From NCBI GenBank assembly GCA_963666285.1, contig OY762714.1: 64,000 bases of DNA; one strand, given 5' to 3'. Each line of letters opens with the position of its first letter. Positions within the stretch are counted from its first letter, which is position 1. The notes beneath the pieces were generated by a model. The model was given only the letters and a program-made list of their open reading frames with translations, was not told the origin of the DNA and searched no databases. The stretch comes from Sedimentisphaerales bacterium. Its GTDB lineage: Bacteria > Planctomycetota > Phycisphaerae > Sedimentisphaerales > SM23-30. A program made the translations under genes and the position numbers. Shown piece by piece: positions 30,301 through 37,983 of the stretch.

Positions 30301-33088
30301 TCCGTATTTTAAGAAGATAAGAGACTTTTTCCGTCGAATTTGGACAGCTATTACCGGTAATCCAAATATCGGCGATATCTTTAATAAGGTATATTCCGGT
30401 CGGGTATGGCAGCATACTAATAATTCAGAAAAAGGCCGGCACGAGCAATATCAACCACCTAAAGGTCGTGACCCTAAGAAGATGGTCGGTAAAGGACCGG
30501 AAGGTGTGGCTAATCGTTATGTCCAGAAACTTGGCAAGACCTGGGGGAAAAAGCATAAACAGTCTCCTGAAAAAACTCGTCAGCAGCAAATCGACGCTAA
30601 CCGCAATTATGAGGGTAAAAAGTCAGCAAAACAACTTTTTGCCGAAAATCGTAAAAGTGCCATGAAAAAGGCTTTCAGCGTTTATGGAAAGATTGAAAAG
30701 GTATTAGAACCTGCTAAACAGGTACAAAGAACTTTCGGCGATGAAGCTTATTCTGAAATTATCAAAATGGCGGCGGCATCTGAGGCAGGGCAACTGGAAT
30801 ACGGCTTTACTGAACTTGACAATGCTGAAATGACTTTCAAGGAACTGGCAGATGCAATTGATAGATTACCGGCAGATCAAAAGCGATATATAGCACATTA
30901 TCGAGGTAAAGCTAATACGCCAGGTGGAAAGCATCTTCAAGATAAGGCTCGCAAAAATATATGGCCTCTGGCAAAAGAATATGCAAGATATCTCCAGCAG
31001 TTGTATGATAAAGCCTTTAACCTGCTGGAAAGTCTGGATTTTGTTGATGCGATGTATCGTAAAGAATACTTTTATGGTGCATATACTGAACCAGACAGAG
31101 CAGAAGAATTATTGAGCAAGTATTACCCTACAACTCAGCGTATGATTAAAACCAAGAAAATACCGACAGTTGCAGATGCTAATGCCTTGGGCCTGAAACT
31201 GGAAGATGATAACCTTGCCCACAACGCCTTCAGGGAAGTTGGGGCAATTAACAGGCTTGCCGCAATGGTGCGTTTGCGTGATTATCTACTGGAAAATCAT
31301 TATGAAAACGGTATTGTCAGAACTGGCGATGCTAATAATTATCATCTTAGAAAGTGGAAAAAGCTGTATCTAAAAGGGGATAGCTCCACATTTGAGCCGA
31401 TCTTTAAAGGTCTAATGCTGCATCCTGACCTGTATGAACCAATAGCACAGCTTAACAGTGTCAATATGACAAGTAAAGGCTGGCTGAAAATGTTCAGGTC
31501 TATAGTTCATTTCTTTAACGGGATTAAGTTTATGTGGGCTATGCACCATTTTAAGACTATTATGTTCCAGGCCGCAGTAGATACCGGCGGTTGGGGAGGA
31601 ATGTTAAAGCCTTCAACTTATTCAAAGATACTATTTAATAAGTACAAAATCACAAAAGAAATCGAGAGGTCAGAAAGATATCGTAAATATGTGAGTTTAG
31701 GCGGCGGTCATACTTCTTCACTGGAAATCGAGTCCAGGCAGGTTTTTAACAGATGGATACATTCAGAATTAAAATTGCATAAAGCATGGTTGCAGATACC
31801 TGCCAGGGGAGTAGATAAGATACTGGGACGTTTTAATAGATGGACTTTTGAAAAGTTTATACCGGCAGTTAAATATCATAAATTCTCAGATGAAGTTGAT
31901 ATGCTAACTGAAAAACTTGGTCGTGAGCCAACCGATGCTGAAATGATTGAGATAATCAAAGTCGGACAGAACTTCTACGGCGAAATGAATGAAAAGATAT
32001 TCGGCAGATCACCAACAACGACCTCATTTATGCGGTTTGTCTGTCTTGCACCTGGGTTCAGGGAAGGTAATTTCAGGACCATGTTAAGGGCTTTGGATGC
32101 AGTGGCAGGTAATAAGCTGACCAAAAGTCCGTTAGGGCGTGATATTCGCAGCCTGCGTAATATACCGCTGTTTTTGATACTTAGTATGACTATCGCTCAA
32201 ATTGGCTCGCTTATAATGTCCGGTGAAATGCCAGATGAACCGGAGGAAGGAGAGCATCCGGAAGAATGGTTAAGAGATTTATTCAAAATTAACACCGGCA
32301 GGAAAGATAACAAAGGTCGGCCTATTATGATCGATATAATGACAACCGACAAGGATTACTTTCACCAGTTGGTACAGCCTTTTATCGAGTTAGTTACCGG
32401 CAGACCGCTAGAATCATTACAATCGTTCTTTGGCTATCTGGTAAAGACAGCAGGGGGGATGACCAGTATTCCGAGATCAGTGATAAATGATTTTGACGCA
32501 ATGTTCCAGGGTAAGGTGTTAGTTGATTGGAAGGGGGAGCGGGTCTGGTATGCCTCTGACAATCCGATCAGCAAAGCAGTTAAGTTTATGATACACGAAG
32601 CAAAATATCTTGAGCCTATACCAATTTCAGCAGGTAGAAGGATGCACGAAAAAGGACTTAACGCACTTGAGATATTGATTTATTCCGGTACAGCTTCGCG
32701 CGTTACCGGTTCTGAACTTGAAAAAAGACGCAGCTCGCTCTGGCAGAAGTTCTTCGATATGCGAGATAGACGTACAGAGTTGCGTAAAATAGCTAAAAAC
32801 GGCAACCTCAAACAGCATGATATAAATGATTTTAACAGCTATGTTGATGACGCTCTGGCAGTTAAAGCTCTGCCGGTGGATCTGCGCGACTATCTCGAAA
32901 GATTGCATCTTCCAGACCTTGATGAATTGCTTGGCAGTATAGATGATTATGATAAACGTAATTTAAAAAAGAAGGTCAAGAACCTAAAAAGTACCGGTAA
33001 AACAACCGAAGCAGTAAGGTTGATAAGTATCTATAACAAAGAACATCCATACAATAGAGTTACATTAGGTAAACTGCTGAGAACATAA
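18371..33088 (+). CDS. Giant polyvalent virion protein, DarB-like (N6-adenine MTase plus SNF2/SF2 helicase, HExxH peptidase, beta-clamp-like domain)
   Basis: EPSMGTGHF (~25350) and SNVPF (~25540) MTase motifs; HATGAGKT (~27390), DEAH (~27885) and QRDGRMLRQGN (~28880) helicase motifs; HEQFH (~30161). Confidence 0.9.
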   Translation: MAKENYSKFAGIGNNTITSSTDIEPDPILAGLDRIVADRELVNHNFEMPEIEDFSHLYNGPADPSDGVMTPVALQELSAYLDEKQKKDPAGVLKADILHAKKNRPDDYARYMANVNLSGRDSAFTSARDRMFLAGEYRSVGLNEAANRELMASAPEWITATFDKDWIFTQIASDEIGAAESFKRQPISEHLEKVPVTGLSTGAANAVQLQESIRRLQNPEVSYKPAKKRKRVGDEDYNILENISPAALFAGPNGPSLRVMSDPAVNLAGEDLKEYDSQLVLGWLTRQAEQTIRGTTPGADISQGISELPAFMIEFAASGGLANIIKSSLKSGGKKIFKEATEEGTEQLIKKGILNNIKKGGIKTLKTAGDVALRMPMFTGDVVAGATERQLPEFSLTDKGITIYKEGEKPATAWLKAIGDTYIELFTENSSELTTSALKQGGKWIGNILGKAPGGETAGKILTGLGEAYNKIRPKGAFADIITDKAKYGSFLEELGEEKLGAILRAATGVEDFGAGDDANFSQRMAAAFDNMTDGRTMLVEMGVLAAPGVARSGVQGTLNKIDNVQKDKTALKAMQQRDTPQAVETIINRMVQADGDDGRWQQISTRDRKTAEKLRSILQPVTDMITEESGGAKAWRYAVQPTPNGRWLLKMRQNPLDVDKASESKATVISANNPVPLEDLVTGMDSRQVQELVDLGLTVDEIADKDTVEKAQYDRQWQDMQQPGEFSQQDIAGKLPKTIEQYDVNARYNMPQRHNSIGDRQISEEDEVRIQEAVNKIGKTAYVRVDDEGKLVLSRRKPAKDETEYIEVRPSTAHLSESIITDDGPSDTKLKPDDTATIQRLADSGAEYEELTDPKKAKEAHWRSQWSKHYKPGNFTEQELVGKPAAGMPMQGEKKQENIEETSQSENIEQKPDAKEKAPENETEETDPIQTEIDKLEKEIFYEQMTDKISPAAQQSIQNTQDRIKELKQQQSENQSVETPVPEPEKIEEKPSESDSRVELKQLIDSYDEDVNTTIGDLIDEAEILADDTEDTELQQIVEKVRAEQHDDRFEFGLRGDSEAYEGEFEDAVRKLIDNQSAETIESDQNKSKDEAKNPAAFSEGDYVADVNSGTIYKVGKTKRNGVTDMEVVKPKPERSASNIPYTDEQMKKAYSPGTIRPYNALNNPRFREITEGERKEIASETAPKPAEKPSKTETKPKQQNTSESDNTTIQPEKQQSGKVDQVQIANKAPRFDCDKIVNGKSVTEKTRDKYAGQIGELLGRKLTGDERSLLSFPTDYTLTPKAGDDFLWMMVKSPKAFAANARKSASEELIERHGITRFESEIKPVSPVDTPKQLTNAVFTHASTGVEGRYSLRESFYVDPDDNTVVSTDGRRLIAVTGIQDRIGNPQSDTLYRKDSSSTSGYSPDTTGGKFPKWRTAIPNNTNKISTLDNTRIHRLLSVLTGTIKHNPGSFNNKVIAIFAHNGQAVGFSADNMVDSLTAMLKTGIDKVDFAIGDKSRSDGEEPLVITGSDKTGKVSAKVIIMRYTLSGAKNSYLDISDLLGTEFVTDEMFEGKTTESKEKKQPKAEKTGKSEYGFGTFDSDLSDDHTGGYYKYLPGKSMKTATGRKTKPVPRVDTTTRQKTKNSQKRINTWLISEALVEAKSRNDEHNIRVFEMDRKTGADKLPPAQLDMLQYYLFDPKWTELHKKQPINKEEEKSEQKEQPKPESQEPANSDTKQTVKSESDPYAEYEQSASSYNYGEGRSASQEVIFKGGAVRWEDDRIRVYFDEKPSDQIRKQLKSIAFKWAPSKSAWQVHYMQQHRFDKAVRILESVFDRADTNSAEVEKNAQSEPVVRHNYTTDNQFARPDVNTGQGDFSKELHTYAKTFVSWLDSLPNGRNTNPGEITKAVKNSPVSSWVKVRNVTTSTFPYQLHFLDKEGNTDLKISETTAAKMYQEVINKAESQTDNSNTTHFAEKTKSNHKETIDVTQMEEQELADYIARKGKLKGTKSAGIKSKISDKAVDELNDAFDELKDYLKGRSFVNPMMEPKLWELTAKITAKAIKAGIYKFADLVRYSVNKLDIAHTKLLGPLYESAWDDLAEVDTSGKMEKRDSSVEKILDSESAKGDNDNRKGNDNDTESGIHNRDGIGKTGVATPERPLSEPSGDAKSTRSGSSDQVVRGDGQRSGRVDGSGDKRQGKSNAVSTGSGNIKRDLDNTTRSGRSGPAGRNYRIEPGQDIAGRGTKTRAKNNIAAIRLLNKLEEENRLATAEEQEVLVKYTGWGDKPQIFDESNSEWSDLYNELKELLTDKQYSAARRSTLNAHYTSTEVIGGIWNGLKSLGIAPVRVMEPSMGTGHFYGAMPEGINADLYGVELDDITGNIAKNLYQKANIKIIGYEKVRFPENFFDLHISNVPFGEYKLSDHNITGRDKYLIHDFFFVKALHNTRPGGIVAFITSKGTLDKLDSSVREELAKTADLVGAVRLPYTAFKGNAGTEVVTDIIILQKRLPDQSPAGEDFTEIAEIEQDVDIFKVNEYYQNHPDHILGKLAYTGKMYREKSLNVEPVEGQELGRAIADTIGVMKLPIGFNDHIDQKTKDLESPKGKGLVPENIKYNAFTIQDGIVYQNANGDLKQVTRTVKDKKEPLSKKMVSRYRKMIAVRDTALNLLSEQLDETVTDEKVEQTRRELNRAYDDFVKEFKPFSTNYNAGQFRHDPDYPLLRSLEHYDSETQTAEKAAVFSQRTQRPVKILSKVETAKDGLLACYDKYGKVDIDYVAELTGKDTQDVIDELIGLIYKDPDTGSYISAENYLSGNVRDKLSKAQEAAQDDPDYKINVEALEEVQPEDLEPHDIDVKLGSNWVAPEDYQQFIMKILDRPSHFPVTIAYSVSGGSWILRGNKLSNAIETQQWGTSRRSALDILEATLNQRRMKIYDTVKIEGKEVKVLNKEDSLAAQAKQEEFERAFKEWIWSDDDRRERLARKYNDLYNNTIFAQYDGSHLSFPGQNIAITLNPHQKNVVWRSLQQGNILLAHATGAGKTFVMASVVMESRRLGLARKPVVVVPNHLVDDFSGQLFTLYPSAKVLRATKKDFTPASRQTLFNRIRTGDWDAVVVPMSSFEKMPMNPEYTEKVFSDMLDDLEDEIRAAKAEKNDNRSIVKQLENAKEKFKATLETLESKHKKDNGPYFDELGIDKMFVDEAHGYKNLWFKTQKQDIAGISPQYVQRAFDMWLKTQFLNDRTNYKGVVFATATPIANSVTEMFIMQKYLQPQILADRGVSSFDAWSTNFGKTVVQSEVTPDGAGYRMKERFSQFSNIPELMQMFRSVADIVTSDMLNLPVPKLKDGKHQVVQAPENEYLKYFVDYLLKRTEDIKGGSNDKKKDNMLNIVTDGRKAALDIRLLDERLPDVPESKVNDCVNRVFSIYKRDDERNSLQVIWCDYSSPKSGGEFNLYDDIKNKLIQKGVPANQVAFIHDAKSELQLEKLYEKARTGMIRVLIASTGKMGVGANVQKRLAAQHHLDPPWRPADLEQRDGRMLRQGNLYHKWDIPVESYRYASKGSFDAYMWQTLETKAKFIASVMTGRAETRNIDELDNLSMNYAEMKAASAGNPKIMELVSLEADVAKLYALKNNHQRQQWNAKNNVKEFNRKIDYINQKLPDMAKDVQAYEQAVEAAGNNIDITIDGRHYTDAKDAGKALTEVLAAYKGDDIEQIGSYYGFEFYISKAANREFYGYLDLHTRHILELGTSGSGNLVRMKNTMTKLAGNLAEQESLIPVYAKRAAEFEKAANIPFDQKKELDEKSDRLAKLKLELAMDNENGDKQQKTIVNVPSRDTVISEMLDMAKLNGDFQGPANIVPDDLVSQLSSSKLNTARLAKAFGVSLNKVSETDQQGVYAVNLPNGKAITVSNASLVAGPGGQQNYRGVWNNLPGSITLDDGRIINFDGMIKLSSYYATDDTLSHEQFHAAMDIALSDKEKRIVLKRFDGDSEKAAETYGRWAAMQDKKGYPYFKKIRDFFRRIWTAITGNPNIGDIFNKVYSGRVWQHTNNSEKGRHEQYQPPKGRDPKKMVGKGPEGVANRYVQKLGKTWGKKHKQSPEKTRQQQIDANRNYEGKKSAKQLFAENRKSAMKKAFSVYGKIEKVLEPAKQVQRTFGDEAYSEIIKMAAASEAGQLEYGFTELDNAEMTFKELADAIDRLPADQKRYIAHYRGKANTPGGKHLQDKARKNIWPLAKEYARYLQQLYDKAFNLLESLDFVDAMYRKEYFYGAYTEPDRAEELLSKYYPTTQRMIKTKKIPTVADANALGLKLEDDNLAHNAFREVGAINRLAAMVRLRDYLLENHYENGIVRTGDANNYHLRKWKKLYLKGDSSTFEPIFKGLMLHPDLYEPIAQLNSVNMTSKGWLKMFRSIVHFFNGIKFMWAMHHFKTIMFQAAVDTGGWGGMLKPSTYSKILFNKYKITKEIERSERYRKYVSLGGGHTSSLEIESRQVFNRWIHSELKLHKAWLQIPARGVDKILGRFNRWTFEKFIPAVKYHKFSDEVDMLTEKLGREPTDAEMIEIIKVGQNFYGEMNEKIFGRSPTTTSFMRFVCLAPGFREGNFRTMLRALDAVAGNKLTKSPLGRDIRSLRNIPLFLILSMTIAQIGSLIMSGEMPDEPEEGEHPEEWLRDLFKINTGRKDNKGRPIMIDIMTTDKDYFHQLVQPFIELVTGRPLESLQSFFGYLVKTAGGMTSIPRSVINDFDAMFQGKVLVDWKGERVWYASDNPISKAVKFMIHEAKYLEPIPISAGRRMHEKGLNALEILIYSGTASRVTGSELEKRRSSLWQKFFDMRDRRTELRKIAKNGNLKQHDINDFNSYVDDALAVKALPVDLRDYLERLHLPDLDELLGSIDDYDKRNLKKKVKNLKSTGKTTEAVRLISIYNKEHPYNRVTLGKLLRT
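24717..25007 (+). CDS. Nested +1-frame gene inside the giant protein (96 aa, helical, TnpV-like candidate)
   Basis: Own RBS-like AGAAAGGG before ATG 24717; globular composition, whereas the main frame here is a G/S/R/D low-complexity linker. Confidence 0.55.
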   Translation: MTPNQEYIIETASARLAWQHLNDHCPNRLAMLKAQGPGAATKWCAEMGKEADEWMDQVINDKENPMPFQQALEISKETWIILPDLDDQDQPDETIE

Positions 33089-33120
33089 AAAAGGCGGGTT
33101 GTCTTATAAAACCCACCTAT
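33089..33120. terminator. Hairpin after the giant gene
   Basis: aggcgggtt / aacccacct stem flanked by A runs. Confidence 0.35.
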
Positions 33121-33241
33121 AAAAAGGAGTGATGAGGGAGTGTGGCCCCATCGAATATCGATGCAAATTGGTTGGTTCTATTATGAAAATTTACAAATTA
33201 GAAAGCAAGTTAAAAATGTGGTTTATCTTTTAAAAATACTC

Positions 33242-33270
33242 TTGCATTATTTTTTTGAGAGTGTCATAAT
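33242..33270 (+). promoter_or_regulatory. Sigma70-type promoter
   Basis: TTGCAT-17 bp-CATAAT with extended TGn. Confidence 0.6.
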
Positions 33271-33389
33271 AAAAATGGATTATGTAAGGTATCGTTATTT
33301 GATGCAGCATCGGAAACCGCTAATTTCAAAAATGCTAACGCATCGGGTAAGCGAGCGCCTTCAGTAATACTCATTTTCATATCAAATGT

Positions 33390-33493
33390 CAGAGGTTACT
33401 GTGGGCGCTATGTTAACTTATGCTTTAGCAAGGCTTTAGCGGGCCTCCGATGAGCATAACGGCATAGCGCCCGCTGGAACCTCTGTTCTTTTT
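33390..33493 (+). ncRNA. Long hairpin RNA candidate followed by a U tract
   Basis: cagaggtt/aacctctg, gtgggcgctatgtt/ggcatagcgcccgc and ttatgctt/gagcataa stems; G-U pairs favour the + strand. Confidence 0.5.
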
Positions 33494-33872
33494 GGGACTC
33501 TCCGTTTTATATTCGTACTTTAATATACTGGTAATAATACAGTTATGAAAACAAATAAAATGATATTTTGGCTGGTGGTGATCTGTTCTACTGATAAACT
33601 CCCAATCATAACAATATTTCATAGGATAGATCACACCCCTTTTTTATCACTGATTAGGAATTAAGGTTTAAAATTGTTATAAATTAAGAAAATAATAGGA
33701 ATTAGAGCCATTTTTACCCCGGTTTCTTCTTGATTTAGATAGGGTAATTTTAGTAATATGAAGATGTATATTGCGTTGGCCTGATTTTTAACGATGAAAT
33801 GTAAATATAGGAGATATATAACACTTATATTGGAGTCAGAAGGAAAGTAAAATGAAACCAACCTATATTCCT

Positions 33873-33901
33873 TTGACATATTCACTTGTATGTCTTAGGA
33901 T
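33873..33901 (+). promoter_or_regulatory. Sigma70-type promoter of the cargo operon
   Basis: TTGACA-17 bp-TAGGAT. Confidence 0.6.
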
Positions 33902-34001
33902 AAAAATACTGCGGAACTGGCACAAAAGGGACTTAAATTCTTTATTTCCCCGCCATGATTTCGTGACAATTGAATATTGCAATAATACTGATCTCTTGAA
34001 G

Positions 34002-34114
34002 CTTTCACAGGAAACGGCAAAATTTTTAAGAAAAAGCTTGATAAAGGTACAGTACCCGGTCAGGGTACTGCTTTACATAGCTTTTTCGGGTTCTTTGCCG
34101 GACCTCTGTGAAAG
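34002..34114 (+). promoter_or_regulatory. Long structured 5' leader hairpin
   Basis: Nested stems ctttcacag/ctgtgaaag, cggcaaa/tttgccg, gaaaaagct/agctttttc, taaag/cttta, cagtaccc/gggtactg. Confidence 0.6.
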
Positions 34115-34302
34115 GTGTAGGTAGTACCCCTTTTTTATGGGCATATCCGGCAAACAAAGAGTGTGGTTGAGTTAGTTGAACTATGTTAGAGTGAGTTTTT
34201 TTCAGCCTTATGAAAATACTGTTCAACGTGAACAGTTGAGGATAGAAGTTGATGTAGCAAAAATGGAAAGGATGCTATGCAATGAAGCGGAAAAAGAGGT
34301 TA

Positions 34303-37290
34303 ATGGCAAGAAATGTATTAACAAGATATTTGGTTATTGGATTATTAGCAATATTCGCATCAGGGGTATTAGCAGATACCATTGTATTGGATTCTGGAAA
34401 CACTATAGAAACTGTAGCTCCCTCTCAGATTTCCGGGCTAGCAGCATCAGTAAGTAGTACAAGCGGTTCTGTACCACTGGGTTTTAATCCAGATAATTAC
34501 AGGTTCGTGATTTACGACTGCGGTTCTAAAGATAATCAGATAGGCGACTTAACAGATATTGTCGAAGCAATGAAAGAATTATTTGGAGAAGATAAATATC
34601 TTGGAGATAATTTCACATACAGAAGTGGAATTGAAAACCCAGTTACGATTCAGGACTTAACAGACCCCGAAACCAAACACGATATCCTAATTGTCGGCTG
34701 GAACGCAAATGGAGATACCAGCGGTTTATTTAAAACAGTGATTGAAGCTGGAATTACAGGTAGAGCAGTAATTAGCGGGCATGATGCGGACTATCATACT
34801 GCTGTTGCAGCTGGCGGACATGACAGTGGTGATTTTCAACCAGCGGACATGTTTTTTTCTCAAGCTATGGAATATGTGTTAGCTGGCAATGGAACCGGTC
34901 TAATAGCTCTAGGGGATACTACCGAGAATGGTTTTTCTTGGCTCCCTGAAAGTTGGAATATCAGTACCGAAGAACTCGAAGGAAGCACTGAAAATATTGG
35001 TGAAATAGTAACAAAATTCACCCCCGAAGGTATAGCAAGTGGCATATTTGATGGCTTAGAACCTAGCCACATGGCTTATTGGGGACAATCATACCACAAC
35101 GCTTTTGCAAGTTGGAGTACAGGTTTCGCTCCTTTTGAACTTAATGAAACATTTGATGAAGTAGTCACTATTGCTGCAGATATAAATCCTTATGAACTAG
35201 TTGAACTTTCAAAAGACAGTGTAATAATTGATAATGATGGGACCGGAACAGAATGCTGTAATCCTGGAGATGATATCCAATATGTAATTTGTTGGGACAA
35301 TATATTGAATAAAACATTCGAGAATGTCACTATAGTGGATTATCTGCCTTATGGAGTTGACTATGATTTCGCAATCGACCCATTTAATCCAGATCCAAAT
35401 TATAATATTCTAAATCATTCATATACGTGGTCTATAGATACTATCGACCCAAACAATGATTCAGGTTGTGTATCATTAACTGTAACAGTTAACGAACATG
35501 CAGAAGCCGGTATGTTTCTTCATAATATAGCTCATATTTATAGCGGAGATACTTTGATTGGTATTGCAACCAATGATACTCCTGTTTGCTGCTGGCAGAC
35601 AGAAGATGCTGACTTAATTCTGGTTGATAAAAATGCAGTAGGATTTAATACAGGAACATCTTGGGAACATGCCTACACAGACTTGCAAGATGCTTTGAAA
35701 AGAGCAAGAGAAGCAGGATGTTCGACTACCGGCTATCGGATATATGTAGCAGAGGGTAGTTATAGTCCTGGGAATTTAACTGCCGACAATTTTGAGTTGC
35801 CTTATGAGACAAAATTATATGGTGGTTTTAAGACTGGCGGTTGCGATTTTGAGGAAAGAAACCCAAATAAATACAAAACGATTTTGACCGGTGCAATTGA
35901 TGGTACTCATAAAAACGAAATCATAGTAAATTTGGGTAATAATAGTATCCTGGATGGTTTTATTGTGGAGTTTGCTGACACATATGCGGTATATGGTCAA
36001 AATATTAATTGTGAAGTAAATAACTGCGATGTTTTGAAATCTGAACATGGACTTTATTTTGAAAATGGAAATATTATTCTCAACTGGAATAAGGTGAGAT
36101 ATAATGAAAAACAGGGAATATACCACAGTGGATCTGGAAATGACCTTGTAATATCTCATTGTTTTTCATCTTTCAATGGTAATCACGGTATATTAGCCTT
36201 AAATTCAAACTTAACCTTAACAAATAGCGTTATAACACGTAATGGTAATGATGTTTCCTTTGGAATAGGTATTTTTGACCCAAACGAACCTCCTGTATTA
36301 TATAACAATACCATTGCCTATAACTACAATATGGGTTTATCGTACGTTCAATCAGACCCAAATGCTATGGAGCCTGAAGTAAATGGGTGTATTCTATACT
36401 ATAACAATGAGAATAATGAACAGATGTCAGGTATAGAATATCCAGAATTCTGCTGTATCCAGGACTCGATTAATGACCCTAACGGCCTTTACTATACCGA
36501 GTATGATATTTTTGGCAATATCTCTGGCAAACCAATGTTTGCTTATCTTGGAGACCCTAATAATATTCACCTGGCTCATAATTCTTTGCTGATAGATAGA
36601 GGTGATTCAGACTTAACAAGTACAGAAGTTGGCTCTGTAGATATAGATAACGAAACCAGAATAGATGATTACTGGTTAGATATTGGAGCAGATGAAGTAA
36701 ATACCTGCGACGGCGACCTAACCGAAGATGATATATATAATATAAGGGACTGGAATAATGACGGTATAGTCAATCTAAAGGAATTTTCTTTGATGTCTGC
36801 TGCATGGCTGACAAATAGTCCAGATACTCCGAGTTATGTAGCTGATCCTAATAACTATGACCCGAACTTTGTAGATAACTGGAACGAGCAATGTAACTTG
36901 TATGTTGACTATACGATTGATATATCTGACTTTGAGTTATTTACAGACCAATGGCTATGGCAGGCTTGTTGGAAAGTCAGCCAGGACAGCAGATTCGATT
37001 ATGTAGCAACGGCTTCAACAATGTCTCTATCTCTTGACTCTACAGCAAGCATTGCCAGTGCAGAACAGATCAGTATTGATGATCAGGAAGAAAGAGAAAA
37101 CATCGCTATGCTCGTTTTAGGCATATACCAAATAATAGATATAATGGAAAATTCAAAATATAATACCAGTTCTGAATTTGATTTCGATGATGTCGATGCA
37201 GAGATAGACAAACTGGAAGAAATACTGGATGATATGTATAATGACTATTATTCGATAGATACAAAATTTAAGAAATATAAAAACAAATAA
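34303..37290 (+). CDS. Large secreted protein (DUF11-like Ig domain, beta-helix, dockerin-like EF-hand C-terminus)
   Basis: Start re-assigned to ATG 34303 (RBS GAGG); signal peptide; NVTIVDYLP, GTSWEHAYTDLQDAL, DIGADE and DWNNDGIVNL motifs; many DPN motifs. Confidence 0.75.
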   Translation: MARNVLTRYLVIGLLAIFASGVLADTIVLDSGNTIETVAPSQISGLAASVSSTSGSVPLGFNPDNYRFVIYDCGSKDNQIGDLTDIVEAMKELFGEDKYLGDNFTYRSGIENPVTIQDLTDPETKHDILIVGWNANGDTSGLFKTVIEAGITGRAVISGHDADYHTAVAAGGHDSGDFQPADMFFSQAMEYVLAGNGTGLIALGDTTENGFSWLPESWNISTEELEGSTENIGEIVTKFTPEGIASGIFDGLEPSHMAYWGQSYHNAFASWSTGFAPFELNETFDEVVTIAADINPYELVELSKDSVIIDNDGTGTECCNPGDDIQYVICWDNILNKTFENVTIVDYLPYGVDYDFAIDPFNPDPNYNILNHSYTWSIDTIDPNNDSGCVSLTVTVNEHAEAGMFLHNIAHIYSGDTLIGIATNDTPVCCWQTEDADLILVDKNAVGFNTGTSWEHAYTDLQDALKRAREAGCSTTGYRIYVAEGSYSPGNLTADNFELPYETKLYGGFKTGGCDFEERNPNKYKTILTGAIDGTHKNEIIVNLGNNSILDGFIVEFADTYAVYGQNINCEVNNCDVLKSEHGLYFENGNIILNWNKVRYNEKQGIYHSGSGNDLVISHCFSSFNGNHGILALNSNLTLTNSVITRNGNDVSFGIGIFDPNEPPVLYNNTIAYNYNMGLSYVQSDPNAMEPEVNGCILYYNNENNEQMSGIEYPEFCCIQDSINDPNGLYYTEYDIFGNISGKPMFAYLGDPNNIHLAHNSLLIDRGDSDLTSTEVGSVDIDNETRIDDYWLDIGADEVNTCDGDLTEDDIYNIRDWNNDGIVNLKEFSLMSAAWLTNSPDTPSYVADPNNYDPNFVDNWNEQCNLYVDYTIDISDFELFTDQWLWQACWKVSQDSRFDYVATASTMSLSLDSTASIASAEQISIDDQEERENIAMLVLGIYQIIDIMENSKYNTSSEFDFDDVDAEIDKLEEILDDMYNDYYSIDTKFKKYKNK

Positions 37291-37311
37291 CCCCTTTTAG
37301 GAGATTACAAA

Positions 37312-37920
37312 ATGAAAAAGATGTTATGTTTATTGCTGCTGTTCGCAGGTTTTGCTAACGCTGCCGCTTATGTAATTTCAGATGGATATAAATTTGGAAT
37401 AACAAAAATAGAAAATCACGATTCCTTATTGGTTACTGGTGGTGGTGCATATCAAATAGATGCTTTTAACTATAGTACCATCGTAGTAGAGGATACAACT
37501 CCTCTGCAAGTAAATGTCGGGGGAATAGCGATAATCGATATAAGCGATTGGTGTTCGCTTGAAATTTCTGGCGGCGAGATTGGTTATTTATACATAGAAG
37601 ATTATTATGCTACGGCTACACTATCAGGTGGAAGTATTAATAAGATATTAAGCTTCCAAGACGTATATTCCCCTAACGATGTATATACCCCCCATATTGA
37701 AATCATATGCCGGGAATATACTGCAAGCAGCAGTTTGATTACGGGTGTTTGGAATGTTGATAATGATGGTGATGGTTTCTATGACACATTTAATATCGAA
37801 TTAGAAGATCAGCCAGAATACGACCCTGTACTTGAGAATATCAAGTTCACTATCGTTCCTGAACCAATTTCACTAGCATTACTGGGATTGGGTGGTTTCG
37901 TTATAAGAAGGAAAAGATAA
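37312..37920 (+). CDS. PEP-CTERM protein
   Basis: Signal peptide; C-terminal VPEP-TM-RRKR. Confidence 0.9.
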   Translation: MKKMLCLLLLFAGFANAAAYVISDGYKFGITKIENHDSLLVTGGGAYQIDAFNYSTIVVEDTTPLQVNVGGIAIIDISDWCSLEISGGEIGYLYIEDYYATATLSGGSINKILSFQDVYSPNDVYTPHIEIICREYTASSSLITGVWNVDNDGDGFYDTFNIELEDQPEYDPVLENIKFTIVPEPISLALLGLGGFVIRRKR

Positions 37921-37983
37921 TATATATGGGTTTCCAGCTTTTGCTGGAATCCCATTTTCACCTTGTGAGAAGGAAATTCTATT

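Noticed and set aside
18495..32908. Many short antisense or alternative-frame ORFs within the giant gene
   Set aside because: Shadow ORFs without RBS or protein-like patterns; only 24717-25007 was kept
33390..33485. Integron attC site
   Set aside because: The GTT/AAC boxes are in the wrong order, there is no cassette array, and the recombinase shows no evident IntI features
33140..34226. Short ORFs in the AT-rich spacer
   Set aside because: No good RBS, atypical composition, and they overlap promoters and RNA hairpins
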